The notes beneath the pieces are model-generated. The model had not been told where the DNA came from and did not search any database. It worked only from the letters and a program-made list of their open reading frames with translations. The translations under genes and the position numbers were made by a program. Positions 1-13,967 of a stretch of 64,000 nucleotides of DNA are shown here, in pieces. Each line of letters starts with the position of its first letter. Position 1 is the stretch's first letter. This DNA comes from Octopus bimaculoides (lineage: Eukaryota): assembly GCF_001194135.2 (NCBI RefSeq), contig NC_068981.1, forward strand, positions 7,163,630 to 7,227,629, read 5' to 3'.

Positions 1-639
1 GTTGGTATCAAAAGGTAACAAGATAAAGCATCTATTCAGTGATAGCTCTGATACACCAGGAAGTGAAGTGTGTTGGAAATTATGAAGCTCGTGGGAGATT
101 GTTAAATCACTGAGTTGGAAAGAAGGAATCCACAGTAGAAGAATTTAAACCCAAGTCGTATGGGAGCCAGTGTGTGTGAACGTGTGTGTATGAATGTGTG
201 TGTGAGAGTGTGGTGTGAGCCGGCTTCTCAGATGGCCAACATTAGTGATGTCTTTACACTTATTTAACCACAGCAACACGAAAAAAAAAGGGAGAAGACG
301 AAAACAGTGAGAAGGTAAAAAAAAGAGGGAAAAAAAGCAACTCACCCCCGCCCCCCACAAAATGAAAGACAATAAAACATGAGATGAAGCAAAAAAGTCA
401 AAAGTTAAACGAAAATAAGAGAATGAAAACAAATAAGAACGGCTTAAACAAACAAACATCGAGGCTAAGTAGAAATAATCTGAGTCTTAAGGTTTCGTAT
501 TCTGTTGGAAACTGTTTTCAAAAAACAACCATTAGTCACGTGAGATGTGCGTTTCACATTTCTCATTTACCAAAGACACCAACAGTGGAATGGGGGGGGG
601 TATTATTGTTGTGGGGAGGTTTACTAACTGATCGATCCA

Positions 640-815
640 GCTGGTGGAAATAGCAGCCAAGTCGCCTGTAAATCAATCCACATCGCTTTCAAAAATCAGG
701 AATATATTGAAGAATGTTTAACCAGGATAGGTAAATACACACGAGGGTCACGGAGAGAAGGCTTTCAGCTTAAGCCTGTTCAATAAAAGCAGGCTCAGGG
801 TTATACAACAGACAC
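640..815 (+). mobile_element. SINE-like family C, degraded copy
   Basis: ctggtggaaatagcagccaagtcgcc...cagggttatacaaca resembles the copy at 15918-16097 (ctgcaagaaatagcaaccaaatctccc...gacctggggttaaacaacaa). Confidence 0.5.
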
Positions 816-834
816 ACAGACAGACCTAAATTGT

Positions 835-1165
835 ATAAATACGTATCGGGCGATTCCCTAGTGTCATCCAACAACACCAGAGACCTTGGAGTTATTGTTG
901 ATAATCTAAGCTGGAGTCCCCACGTAAACAGCAAGGTTGACTTCGCCCGCAAGATGTGCTCCTGGAGTCTAAGAACTTTCGGGACTAGAAATGCCTACAC
1001 CATCATCTTTCTCTATTCTACTTTTGACCGACCCAACCTTCATTACTGTTGCCCAATATAGTCTCCCCATACAAAGCAACTCATTATGAAAGTGGGAGCA
1101 CTCCAGAGGTCAATAACAAGACATGACAGGTATTGACTATTGGGGTCGACTAAAAAAACTCAATG
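835..1165 (+). mobile_element. CR1-type LINE reverse transcriptase C-terminal fragment (decayed)
   Basis: Translates RDLGVIVDN-LSWSPHVNSKV...LYSTFDRPNLHYCCPI*SP...LQRSIT...YWGRLKKLN, matching the CR1/L2 thumb pattern (DLGV..D..L, LY...VRP.LEYC..VWSP). Homologous to 24085-24260. Confidence 0.85.
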
Positions 1166-1167
1166 TG

Positions 1168-1436
<269 letters not shown>

Positions 1437-1439
1437 TAT

Positions 1440-1600
1440 ATGGGAGAATTTACGAAAAAAACAACAACAGACGAGGACAAGTGGTGTAAACAACAAAAGG
1501 ATGTATTAGTTTAACGCTCGGGAATAGAGAAAGTCTTTAACGTTTCGAGCTACGGTCTTCGACAGAAAGAATAAGGAGAAAAACAAGGAGAAAAACACGG
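1440..1600 (-). mobile_element. Penelope-like terminal-repeat fragment, family P1, with hammerhead-like motif
   Basis: Homologous to 40540-40680; acgtttcg...tcttc motif; flanked by (TA)n. Confidence 0.65.
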
Positions 1601-2324
1601 AGAAAAAAATTTGAATGTTGTGGTCAGCGATCTATCATATATATATGCTTGTGTATATACATATATATATTCGTATATATATACGTATATGTATGTATAC
1701 ATATATATAACTTTATATATACATATGTATATACACGTATGCGTATATATATACACGCATATATATATGTGTGTGTGTGTGTGTGTGAAGTGATAGATGT
1801 TGGACCGTATAAAGCTGAAGTATAAACATTTCGAACAAACATGTGGTTAAGAGTCCATGAGAGAGTGAGAGTGAGGGAGGGACAGAGGGAGCGGGAAGAG
1901 GAGAGAGAGGGTAAGAGAGAGGGAAGGCCAAAGAGTGAGAAGAGGAGAGAGAGAGGTGCGCGTCTTTGTTCACGTAGAAGGAAATGGTTTAGGAATTAGC
2001 ATAGAGTTGTGACAAAGAGAATATATGAGTGGAAATATGGAGGATTTTGGGAAATATCAGACTGACTGAATATAAAACAAATAATGAAGACCATAAGAAT
2101 GTCTTGGGGGCATTTTATTTGGTGCTTCCAAAGAGAAAAGGGTTAGAATGGAATGGGAAGTTAATTGGAAGGAATGGTTTACGAAGACTTTAAACAGCGT
2201 AACATAAGTGGGAATGGGGAAAGATGGCAGTTAGGAATTGGTGACTGGAGAATATCAGAAAATTTGACAGATTTAAAATAGAGAAGAGGTAAAAGGAGAG
2301 CACAAGAGAGAGAGATGACAATCT

Positions 2325-2597
2325 TTGGTTCCGAACCGGAGAGAGTAGACGATGTTACGGGGATGTAAACACGCCAACGTCGGTTGTGAAGCGGTGATGG
2401 GGAGGGGCAAGAGACACACAAATAAACAAATATATATATATATATAGGGGAAGAATTGGGCTTCTTTCAGTTTCCGTCTACCAAATCCACTCACAAGGCT
2501 TCAGTCGGCCCGAGGCTATAGTAGAAAGCACTGGGACTGAAACCGAAACCGTGTGGTTGGGAAGCAAGCTTCTTACCACACAGTCACGCCTGCGCCT
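2325..2597 (-). mobile_element. tRNA-derived SINE family A, internally deleted
   Basis: Matches 44391-44806 and 50363-50740 (cttctttcagtttccgtctaccaaatccactcacaaggc; cttaccacacagtcacgcc). Confidence 0.85.
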
Positions 2598-2930
2598 TTC
2601 TCTCTCTCTCTTGCTATATATATACATATATATATATATACTCGCGCACACATATACACAGACTATGCTTTAGGAATAAATCGTATACTTGTATCGAAAC
2701 TTCACAATTATTCTTATTTATCAAAAACTTGCGTTCAACAAAGTTTGATTCAACTAATTATTAAAATACAAACTTGTTGCTCTGCACCCATTATCTCTCT
2801 TTCTTTCTTTCTTTCTCTCGCTTTGCCTCTCTCTCTCTCTCTCTCTTTGCCTCTCTCTCTCTCTCTCTTTGCCTCTCTCTCTCTCNNNNNNNNNNCTCTC
2901 TCTCTTTGCCTCTCTCTCTCTCTCTCTTTG

Positions 2931-2969
<39 letters not shown>

Positions 2970-4014
2970 CAGCAAACACGACTAGACGTTTGTCCACCGC
3001 GCCCATTCTCTTGCATGCTCTTTCAATATGGGTATGTGTGTGTGTGTGCGCGCGCGCGCCCATACATATATACATACGAGAGAGAGAGAGAGAGAGTGAG
3101 GAGGGGAGATAGGTTACTACACAGACGGACGTACTATATATATGCTGTAATAAGATCAAAAGTTAGGAAAAAAAATTGAAGTGAAATTGGAAAACAAATT
3201 AATAATTTTATTCTGCAGAACTGCTGTGTTTGAGGGAAAGTGCGTGTGCTCACATACCACCCCACATTATATGTGTGTGTCTATGCGTCAGTGTGTATAT
3301 GTGTGTATTTGGGTGAATACTTATATACATATACTTATATGTATATATCCTTAGATATATATACACATATATATGAATAAGTATATGTGCATGTATGTAC
3401 AAATATCTATATGCAAATACACACACGAATGTGTATGCGCACAAATATGCATATATATATATATATATATATATATACACGCACACAGACGCATATACAC
3501 ACATTAGTATGTATGTATGTATGTATGTATGTATACAAATACACACAGACACACGCACACAAGCACACGTGTGCGCGCCCCTACGCTTAAATACACACAA
3601 TGTATTACATCAGTTTCGCTTGAGATTTTTTTTCACAGTCAAAGTCAACAAAACAATAAATTATCAATATTTCGATCAAAAAGAAATGTGATAAAAAGTA
3701 TTAATCAACCAAATATATAAAAAAAAAAAACGTGCAGTCAAGAAATGAATAAGGACTAAGATGTTGGAAACATTAAACTATAAAGAAAAATGTTTAAAAA
3801 CAGAGAGAAAAGTGGAGGGAGGGTGTTTGGTGGAAGGAAGAGTTAAACGTTAAAATGAATCAACAGCTGCAAATGTCGTCAGATTACGCTTTTGATAAGC
3901 GTTTTATGTCTTTTACCAGGTGAAGTAGACTTGGTCAATTTTAGAACAACACTGAGTTGAAATTACATCTAGGAATATGTTATGGAGAACCTATGTGTGT
4001 GTGTCTCTGTGTGC

Positions 4015-4061
<47 letters not shown>

Positions 4062-4094
4062 CATGGATACATAATATATTTCTACATATGAGCA

Positions 4095-4127
<33 letters not shown>

Positions 4128-4306
4128 CATACACGTACACATCGTAATGTCAGAGTTGTAAAATATAATCAGCCTGCTCAGAATTTAGGCCTGCGTTCGG
4201 CGGTTCAGTCGCGAACAGATNNNNNNNNNNNNNNNNNNNNNNNNNNNNNNNNNNNNNNNNNNNNNNNNNNNNNNNNNNNNNNNNNNNNNNNNNNNNNNNN
4301 NNNNNN

Positions 4307-4372
<66 letters not shown>

Positions 4373-4544
4373 ACACACAAGTAAGCACATAGGTGCGAAA
4401 GAAGTTGGAGAAATAGTATTCGAATACCAAATGTCGAGTAATATATTAGTTTATGAAAATATAAATTTTCTTGAACTGTTTGTTGCTCGGAGTTTCACGT
4501 GACTTTTCAGCAGACAATTGTGTTTATATATTATATATATTTGA

Positions 4545-4870
4545 GATAGATAGGTGGATGGATGGATAGACAGACAGATAGATATATAGATAGAGAGATG
4601 AATGGATAGATAGATAGACAGACAGAGATATATATATATAGAGAGAGAGATGGATGGATAGACAGACAGACAGACATATATAGAGAGAGATGGATGGATG
4701 GATGGATGGATAGACAGACAGACAGACAGATATATATAGAGAAAGATGGATGGATAAATAGACAGACAGACAGATATATATAGAGAGAGATGGATGGATG
4801 GATGGATGGATAGACAGACAGATCTATACAGAGAGACAGACAGTCAGACAGACAGACAGTCAGACAGGCA
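4545..4870. repeat. Compound GATA/GACA/GGAT tetranucleotide satellite
   Basis: Direct reading. Confidence 0.95.
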
Positions 4871-4969
4871 GATAACCAGACGAAAACGAGAAGCCTGAAA
4901 TTTTGAAGTCCAAGTAAACTTTTAATTTACATGTGTTTTGCAAAAAAATTGAATGATTCTTCAGTATAG

Positions 4970-5029
<60 letters not shown>

Positions 5030-5126
5030 GGATACATATATCAATTTGTTTCGGGTATGGAAACGGAGTACTCAAAACCGGTTCAGTATTTGTGTGGACA
5101 GGAATCTTTGTTTCTGTCACTTATAG

Positions 5127-5734
5127 NNNNNNNNNNNNNNNNNNNNNNNNNNNNNNNNNNNNNNNNNNNNNNNNNNNNNNNNNNNNNNNNNNNNNNNNNN
5201 NNNNNNNNNNNNNNNNNNNNNNNNNNNNNNNNNNNNNNNNNNNNNNNNNNNNNNNNNNNNNNNNNNNNNNNNNNNNNNNNNNNNNNNNNNNNNNNNNNNN
5301 NNNNNNNNNNNNNNNNNNNNNNNNNNNNNNNNNNNNNNNNNNNNNNNNNNNNNNNNNNNNNNNNNNNNNNNNNNNNNNNNNNNNNNNNNNNNNNNNNNNN
5401 NNNNNNNNNNNNNNNNNNNNNNNNNNNNNNNNNNNNNNNNNNNNNNNNNNNNNNNNNNNNNNNNNNNNNNNNNNNNNNNNNNNNNNNNNNNNNNNNNNNN
5501 NNNNNNNNNNNNNNNNNNNNNNNNNNNNNNNNNNNNNNNNNNNNNNNNNNNNNNNNNNNNNNNNNNNNNNNNNNNNNNNNNNNNNNNNNNNNNNNNNNNN
5601 NNNNNNNNNNNNNNNNNNNNNNNNNNNNNNNNNNNNNNNNNNNNNNNNNNNNNNNNNNNNNNNNNNNNNNNNNNNNNNNNNNNNNNNNNNNNNNNNNNNN
5701 NNNNNNNNNNNNNNNNNNNNNNNNNNNNNNNNNN
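5127..5734. other. Assembly gap (one of about 20 N runs; others include 6618-7036, 19719-20394, 25605-26088, 41770-42236, 49558-50174, 55078-55818)
   Basis: N runs; ORFs spanning them are artefacts. Confidence 1.
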
Positions 5735-5761
5735 AGCCAAGGTTATGTGGAATTTTCGGTC

Positions 5762-5795
<34 letters not shown>

Positions 5796-6572
5796 AGATT
5801 AAGAAAATTATAAGAAAGATCAGCCGTATCAAATGTAAAACATTGGATAAGAATGATTAAGCTACAGGGAAAGCCACTTTGTAACTTTTAATTTGATATT
5901 CGCCTCTCGATAGATCTCTCCCCTTTCCCCTGCGCCTCTCTCTCTCTCTTTATTTATCTCTATCTCTACATCTCCACTAATTAAGTTAAGTGTATAGACT
6001 AAAGCCAATCAGTACAGCAGGATTGCCATCACAACTTTACATTGGGAGACTCAGCTAACAATCACAATGGCCTCCAAACATGGAAATAAGAGAGAAAGAG
6101 ACGGAGAGGGTGTGAGACGAAAAGAGGCGGTGGTGGAAACGGCCGAAGTCGTGATGATGGAGTAAAGTGGTGAGAGGAAGGAGGAAGGGAAGATGTAGAC
6201 TAGAGGAGGGAGAGGGAGAGAAAGGTAAATAAGGGAGTAGCAGCTGTAAAGATAGAAGCGGTTATATGTCTTGGTGATGGATTGGAGGAGAGGGGAGACA
6301 GAAGAAAGGAGGAAAGTGCAGATTAGGAAGAGGAGGAGGAGATGGAGGTGAATATAAGATGCCTTGGAGGATTGGAGAAATATGAGGTGTGAAGTGAGAG
6401 AAGGGGAAGAAAAAAATGAAGGGAAAATATAGAAGTTTGAAAGAAAAAGAAAGCTTGAAAAGAGAGGGGGATAAACGAAGAAACGGAAGAAATACAGAAG
6501 CGGAGAGAGAGGGAGAGAGAGAAGAGTGAGAGGGATACAGACGTTAGAAGAGAGATACGTTTACAAACAGAG

Positions 6573-6617
<45 letters not shown>

Positions 6618-7035
6618 NNNNNNNNNNNNNNNNNNNNNNNNNNNNNNNNNNNNNNNNNNNNNNNNNNNNNNNNNNNNNNNNNNNNNNNNNNNNNNNNNNN
6701 NNNNNNNNNNNNNNNNNNNNNNNNNNNNNNNNNNNNNNNNNNNNNNNNNNNNNNNNNNNNNNNNNNNNNNNNNNNNNNNNNNNNNNNNNNNNNNNNNNNN
6801 NNNNNNNNNNNNNNNNNNNNNNNNNNNNNNNNNNNNNNNNNNNNNNNNNNNNNNNNNNNNNNNNNNNNNNNNNNNNNNNNNNNNNNNNNNNNNNNNNNNN
6901 NNNNNNNNNNNNNNNNNNNNNNNNNNNNNNNNNNNNNNNNNNNNNNNNNNNNNNNNNNNNNNNNNNNNNNNNNNNNNNNNNNNNNNNNNNNNNNNNNNNN
7001 NNNNNNNNNNNNNNNNNNNNNNNNNNNNNNNNNNN

Positions 7036-7073
<38 letters not shown>

Positions 7074-7670
7074 AAATGGGAAGAAGAAGATAAGTTGCAA
7101 GGTTCTAGTAAAGACGTGATGGATAAAAATAAGCTTAAAAACCGGATTTGTTTGAAAGTCAAAGACTTCCAATTAACAGAATCCACATAAAGTGACATTT
7201 ATTTCTTGACGTCAGTGCTCCACACATATATATACGCAGTTCTTGTAATCTGTGACATCTAATCACAGTCTTTTCCTCTAGATAACCATTCTTTATTTCA
7301 AAGATATTGAATAAAACACAGAAATAGTGGAATGCTCAGTCAATTCTATTTTGCTCTACTAATAAGGCACAAGGGTATGACAAAAGAACATACGAAATCA
7401 CAGGAATACACCCACCACACGCAGAAGACCCGTACTTGCTTCAACACTCATCGGGTATCGACCAAATATCTCCCCAATTTCGACACCTCTGACAGTACTG
7501 TTCGAATTGGCGTTGTCAGCGATATAAGCTGCTGAAGCAGAAATGAACGGACACGAGAGACGAACCAGAACAAGAACACAAAATAAGTACAAAAACAAGA
7601 TGAGACAGCGTCTCCAGAGCGGACGGTTAAATAAAGACGAGTCATGAGTGCAACGGGAGAAATTTTTATA

Positions 7671-7893
7671 TACTTTTCTACTCTAGGTACAAGGCCCGAA
7701 ATTTGGGGGGATGGGGGCCAGTCGATTAGATCGATCACCAGTACGCATCTGGTACTTAATTTATCGACCCCGAAAAGATGAAATGCAAAGTCGACCTCGA
7801 CGGAATTTGAACTCAGAACGCGAAGACAGACGAAATAGCGCTAAGCATTTCGCCCGGCGTGCTGACGTTTCTGCCAGCTCCTCGCCGCCGCCT
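7671..7893 (-). mobile_element. tRNA-derived SINE family B, full length
   Basis: Reverse complement: ggcggcgaggagctggcagaaacg...gttctgagttcaaattcc (B-box-like)...gtcgataaattaagtacc...tagagtagaaaag tail. Confidence 0.92.
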
Positions 7894-8044
7894 TGGGAGG
7901 AATTTTTATTAAACGAAGAAACAAATCAGCAAAGACTAAATCGAAAATTCGTAAAGAGAGAATGTCTTGTTGCTATGGAGACAAGAACAGGACGTGTTTG
8001 TGGACGTCATTGTATAAGAGACGAATAATCATTGTTTTTTTCTT

Positions 8045-8180
8045 TTGATTTCGGCAAAGGCCGACACTTTTGGCGGGATTTGGGGACGGGAATTGTCAAT
8101 ATCATCCATCTATCCCCTATCTTGATCAGTACTTATCCATCGTTTTATCGACCCCGGAGAGCTGAAAGGCAAAGATGAGT
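8045..8180 (-). mobile_element. SINE family B, degraded
   Basis: ttttatcgaccccggagagctgaaaggcaaag matches family B. Confidence 0.6.
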
Positions 8181-9137
8181 CAAATGCAATAAAGACATTT
8201 TGAAATCTCTAAAAATATTATTTGAGGGTCAGAAATATGTGTGGTTGATCTCAGTAGCTTTTCTCAGTTCTAAGGTGGTGGTCTGAAAAGGATTACAGAA
8301 TGTGAAGAGTTAAGATTATATATTTTTATTTAAAAAGCAAATGTGGCTAGTTTCTTTGGTTTTTTGCTAAATCCATGTAATATTTAGTTTGTATTTTACG
8401 AAACTGAACCAAAACATGGTTTTATTCTATAAAGACTTGGATTTGACAAACATGAACCGAAAACTAAGGATTTTATGTTCTGTCGATTTGTGTTTGGTAA
8501 ATATTCTAAGTTTGGTACAAGGCTAGCAATTCTAACGAAAGGCACAAACCGATGACATCGGTCCCAATACTTTAATGGTTCTTTATTTTGATCGGTAAGT
8601 GTTTGGTAAATAATGAAAGCAGAATCGTCATCCGGATTTCAGTGACTTTTTAAGAACTAAAAGACATTTTCATTTCAATTTTACATATTTTCAATAACCT
8701 TTTCGCATCAATATTCCTTAAAACCCCCAACCTAAACATAAAATATTTCTTAAGAAAAGGGAAATTAAATTGTTATCTCCTTGTTAAATTGTTTGCGAAG
8801 GTGTTATTAAATTCAACACACAATAACAAACATTGATTTAATTTTTTCGCCGCGAGCTGCATCTAACTTATTTAATTGAATTCCAGAATATTCTTGCAAA
8901 TAAGAATATTTACATACGAATATATATTCTAATTCCTACTGTATTCTATAAGTGTTATACATGAACATTATGGAATACACAATATTCGGCGACTGATGCA
9001 TAACGAGTGTTAAAAGGTTTTGCGTAGCTGACGCAGCAATTACGGCAACATACACACAAAAGAAAACTCAACAACAACACCAACCACATTTATATCTATA
9101 ATACAAATAACACCAGCATCTGCATCATACCCTAAAA

Positions 9138-9334
9138 CATGCATGGGCAACCTGCGGCCCTTGACGAGTCTTTATGTTACAAATTTCATACTAAGACAAA
9201 TAAAATTAAGAAGAATTGCAAAGAATTTAGTGTAAAAGGGTCAATATTTCGCGCATGTGTTTTATCATGCGGCCCTCTCCCGCTTGGAAATGGTACGATG
9301 CAGCCCCCAGTTGACGAAGAGTTGCCCATCACTG
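9138..9334. mobile_element. hAT-type MITE
   Basis: TIRs catgcatgggcaac / gttgcccatcactg (11/14); subterminal gcggccc motifs; 8-bp flanks ccctaaaa / ccctcgaa (6/8). Confidence 0.75.
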
Positions 9335-9687
9335 CCCTCGAAGGTAACAACTGCGGCAGAAATAACATCGCGGGTTCGGCTGTGTAGTCAAGAACTAAGA
9401 AGTGCGACAAGCGATACCAAGAAACCGCAACAAGTGTCTTCCAGGGTCTTAATAAAAAGAAAATATTTTTACAGAGATTTATTCACATCGTCGGCGGCAC
9501 AGACGGTACAAGTGATCTGACCGTAGATTGAAACTGTGCCTCGGGCCAGCCACAGTCTAGGTCCAACTCCTACTTTAACCATGAAAAGGCAGCGAACGAC
9601 ATTTCGTTTTGTTCACTTTTTGTGTTGTGTGGCGTTGACAACATTCGGAGACATACATACATTAGGTATAAGAACGAATGTATACAA

Positions 9688-9740
<53 letters not shown>

Positions 9741-10477
9741 CGCGCGTTTCTATACACATACATGTAAGTACGTACGCATACACACGAAAGTCCCGGCAGT
9801 CTATCAGCATCTCTATCTGCCTATTGACCTTATTTAGCCAGCTTTATTTCCTGTTTTATCCTTCCTGTCCGTTTTCCTTCTATATTTCTCTGTGAAGCCA
9901 TTTTGTTCTTTCGAAGTCGATAATATAAGTAAACTACCAGTAATATACTCAGGACTGACCTGGTATTAGATATAGCCCCAGGTTTACACTGACGGTTTTT
10001 TTCTTCTCTTTTTTTTCTTATATGAAACATACTTGCAATGGCTGACGGACGATACTGAGTATCGAATGAATATTCGAAGGGGTTAACTTCTATTGCCCAG
10101 TATTTTTATCTTGTTGATTACTTCTCACGAACATGAGTTTATAGAAAACAAACGAGAACATAAGAACGTATGTGTTGAACAGAATCAGCAAGCAACGGAA
10201 GGGAAAATAATAAACCCCTAATTAGGCATGCGATAGTTTTTAACTTCTTGCCTTAAAATATACAACGTCAGCAACGGAAAGCGAATTCAAGGCGCCATTT
10301 TATCAAATACTCGAATTAGCTTTTCAGGAAATAAACAAATAAATATTTACTTGTTTATTGTATCTTTCATTTAGGAAAATGAGGCTTGAAAGAGAAGGAA
10401 TACATTTCGATGTTCGGAATGTCATTGTTGCTATTGTGGTTTAGCTCCTGGTCGGTCCTGATCTTTACAACCTGGCT

Positions 10478-10545
10478 CTGTTGTTATTTAACCCTAGGTC
10501 AACTCTGATACAGCAGCTCTATGATCAGTCATAATCAAGACAATC
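10478..10545 (-). mobile_element. SINE-like family C 3' end
   Basis: ttgttatttaaccctaggtcaactctgat is the reverse complement of the family C tail. Confidence 0.55.
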
Positions 10546-10610
10546 TCTTCTGACAATCAATATAGTTAAGAGCAAACAACACCAACACCAACAACAATAA
10601 CAATAATAAA

Positions 10611-10647
<37 letters not shown>

Positions 10648-10703
10648 GCCACAAGAGCCGAAGACCTTATTAAGTACGAAATAGCCGGGCTATGGAAAAT
10701 GTG

Positions 10704-10742
<39 letters not shown>

Positions 10743-10795
10743 NNNNNNNNNNNNNNNNNNNNNNNNNNNNNNNNNNNNNNNNNNNNNNNNNNNNN

Positions 10796-10946
10796 TCAGT
10801 TTCTGTCTACCAAATTCACTCACAAGGCTTTGGTTGGCCTGAGGCGATAGTAGAAGACAATGCCACAAGGTTCCACGCAGTGGGACTGAACCCGGAACCA
10901 TGTGGCTGGGAAACAAGTTTCTTACCACACAGCCACGCATGCGCCT
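10796..10946 (-). mobile_element. SINE family A 5' half
   Basis: tRNA-like head; matches 44651-44806. Confidence 0.9.
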
Positions 10947-10999
10947 GTACAACAACTAAAAACTATCGAAAAGGGGAAAATACAAAGACGCTGTTGTCA

Positions 11000-11630
11000 A
11001 ATCTGTCATTCTCATCATTAAACTTTATCGAATTATCAGTAAAGATTGAAGAAAAAATAGTTATTTTTAGCATCGTTGTCATCGTCAATCTCACCATCGT
11101 TCGAAACGTCGCTGTCATCGTCGTTTTCCTTGTTATCATCGTCATCGCTGTCGTTGTTGTCATCGTTTGGGGAAAGAAATAACAAGTGTATTAATAATAA
11201 ATCATTCTTTATTTCGTTATGCTGTTATTATTGTGGTGGTGTTGGCAATAGTGGTAGTGGTGGCGTTGGTCTTTAATGGTGTGGCTGGTGATAGTGTTGA
11301 TGATGATGGAGGTAGTGTTGGTGTTAGCGGTGTGGCTAGTGATAGTGATGGTGGTAATGATGATGGTGGTGGTAGTGGTGGTGATAGGGATGGCGTACAT
11401 GGCATTGAAGCTGGTGATGGTGGTGGTGCTAACAGTGATGGTCTAGTGTTAAAAATGGCGAAAGCCTTGTTGGTATTGAGGGATAAGGGGTGCACAAATG
11501 CTGAGTGTGATGGTGGGCGTGTTGGTGGTGGCGGTGGTAGTGCAGTTTGAGTAGTTAGTAATAGTGCTGACAGCGGCGGTGGTGGTGGTGATGGTGGAGG
11601 TTGTGGCGAGGGCGGCGGCGGTGTTGTTTG
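11000..11630. repeat. Low-complexity trinucleotide mosaic (TCG/ATC/GTT then GGT/GAT)
   Basis: Direct reading; ORFs here are artefacts. Confidence 0.9.
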
Positions 11631-12681
11631 TTCCTTAAAACAATATTGATGATATCATTGCAAATGGGGAAAGTTTTTAAACAAACAAACCTGTCAGAAT
11701 TTTAGGATCCACAAAAGAAAGCAATGGAAAAGAAAGAAAGAACAACAAAGAAAGAGAAAAAAGTCAAAACAAGATGAAATGGAAAACAAAACAGGGGGTA
11801 GCTGGGGGCGCAGGGTGGGAGAGAAATGGGTGCGTTGTCTTAAATATTAAATGATGTGTGTGTATTGTCATTGGGAGGTTCGGATGATTGTATGACAGAG
11901 AGAGGGGGAAAGAGAAAGACAGACTGAGAGAGAGGAAGAGAGAGAGAGAGAGAGATAAGGACGTAAGCAAATGAAAGAGAAGGAGAGGAAAAGAGCAAAG
12001 AAATAGAGAGAGGGGAGGAAAGAGAGAATTTTGGAAAAAAAATTACATCATATGATTGGCATTTCGAAAGACAAGAAGATATCAAAGAAAAATCGAATTT
12101 CGTTTGTGTTAACATCAACAACAGTAAAAGTATTCTAATAATAATAATAGTAATAATAATAATAATAACAACAATGATGGCTTCCAATGAATTCTGAAGA
12201 TTTTAATGACACATAATGAAGAAAATACCGTCTGTAATTCTCACAATGTTTCAATTACAACAAGTTGAACAACAACAACAACAACAGCAGCAGCAGCAGC
12301 AGCAACCAAGATTTGACAGAAGAAATAAAGAAGGAAATATAATTGAAAATTGTGAAAGAATAACAGCGTTTCTGCTTTGAATGTGAAGAATTTCTTTCTT
12401 TCTTCCTAGAATCTGCGAAATATTCTGGTCTAAAGAAATAGTTTCCTTTGAAATAGATTCAGTTGCTTTGTCCAAACCGTTGCAAATAAACGGACACACG
12501 GACACACTGTTCAATATGTTGAAAAGATATTGAAAAGATGTCCAGGCGGAAACTAAAGTTTACTTACAATATTTCGTACACTGAGTGAGTACGAACGAGT
12601 GCTCACTAGGCTCTACACACACACATACACACAATGGCCCCTATACCTCCCCTATCTCAATTACAATGGCCTCTGTTCTAC

Positions 12682-12834
12682 AACATAGCTATTGAGAGAA
12701 ACGGTGACTATGTTGAGAAGTGGGGATGTGATCCACAGAGGACCAGCTTCATTTTGATGTATGATACATGTTCCTGTGTTGGTAATTATACCTGTCCTAA
12801 ACAAAATGGCATTACTTGTTGGTTCACCCTTGTA
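12682..12834 (+). mobile_element. Mariner 3' end fragment (transposase C-terminus plus right TIR and TA)
   Basis: NIAIERNGDYVEK then TIR ...cacccttg-TA; homologous to 49340-49491. Confidence 0.9.
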
Positions 12835-12837
12835 GAC

Positions 12838-12883
<46 letters not shown>

Positions 12884-13324
12884 ATAGATGTGCGTGTGTG
12901 TGTGTGTAATTCTACATACATGAATTACGTAATATCCGTTGAGGATATCGAAAGAGATCTTTAAATCAATTTGTCTCTCGTGGTTGTCCGTTATTTCGTC
13001 AGTCATCGATAAACATGTGAGTCATTCGTTAGACAGAAACTTATTGACCGATCGATCTAACTTCGCTCTTCTTCTAGAATCCTGAAGGATTCACTAACCT
13101 CATTACTTTCGGTTCTTTTCGATCGAAACCCAATAAAATAAAACTGGGTTTTTCAAGCTTCTTTGAATATAGTTTCAAATCCATCTCGCAACTAGCAATA
13201 TACTTGATCGACTTCACAAAGGTTCGGTAACTTTCTTAACTGATGATAGTATAGCTGTTGTTGGTGGTGGTGGTGATCGAAGTAGTTTTATACGTCACCG
13301 CCACACTTTGTTTTTTATGTATAT

Positions 13325-13400
13325 ATATCCGGGATTATATTGCCCAATGTCCTCTTCTTTATTTAAGATGATTTGAGGGCGATTTGGTTGTTATTTCTCT
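13325..13400 (-). mobile_element. SINE-like family C fragment
   Basis: gatttgagggcgatttggttgttatttct matches family C reverse complement. Confidence 0.55.
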
Positions 13401-13967
13401 CTGCCTAAACGACAGCACTGAGTCGTTGCTCTCTGGTAAATGCTTGGATAAAATGAAGAAATGCAGGTTTGAACAGTGAATGTTGGTTTGGTAGGAATAA
13501 CAGTAAAATAACTATGTAAATGTAATACTGGATTATAGCATCTTGAATACAGTAGGATTGTTTTGATTATTCAAACAACGGGAACACAGGTTATGGAACA
13601 ATCAGAAGACATTGTCTCATTTATAAAATGCATTAACAGGTAGGCTGTGCGTTCGTATCACACTGCGCACATAACCACTTCTTTGTTCCTTGGGCAAAAC
13701 ATTTAACACAGCTCTCTTAAGGAACCCCAGCGCCACTATCACACAGCTTATGGTTACTTACATACCATCCTGTTAATAAATTGACCAAAGACAAATCAGT
13801 TCCATGGAAAAGAATTGGTATTTTAGTGATAGAAATCTCGTAATTAAATGTACGAAGGCAGAACCACAGCAAACCTCAGACAGAGCCCCTTCACGTAGGT
13901 CACTAGGCCTGCTAATCATAACAGGCAGCCAAATCTACTATAAATTAAACACCAACGACTTAAAAAT

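Noticed and set aside
3036-3060. (GT)n(GC)n alternating purine-pyrimidine tracts (Z-DNA potential)
   Set aside because: Ubiquitous in this sequence; nothing locus-specific
7398-7650. Minus-strand frame with a hydrophobic, signal-like stretch (LILFLYLFCVLVLV)
   Set aside because: Derives from an A-rich tract; no ATG in frame, no acceptor, abuts a SINE tail
9474-9530. RFIHIVGGTDGTSDLTVD after a good acceptor, resembling a kelch repeat or trypsin IVGG
   Set aside because: In-frame stop follows at once, donors are weak, no further kelch or protease exons seen
10042-10080. ctgacggac-gatac tga gtatc-gaa, hammerhead-like
   Set aside because: Core has an insertion, and stems I and III cannot be formed
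12247-12382. Mixed CAA/CAG tract giving a short polyQ ORF (about 44 aa)
   Set aside because: Short, no splice support, stops nearby in all frames; likely a simple repeat
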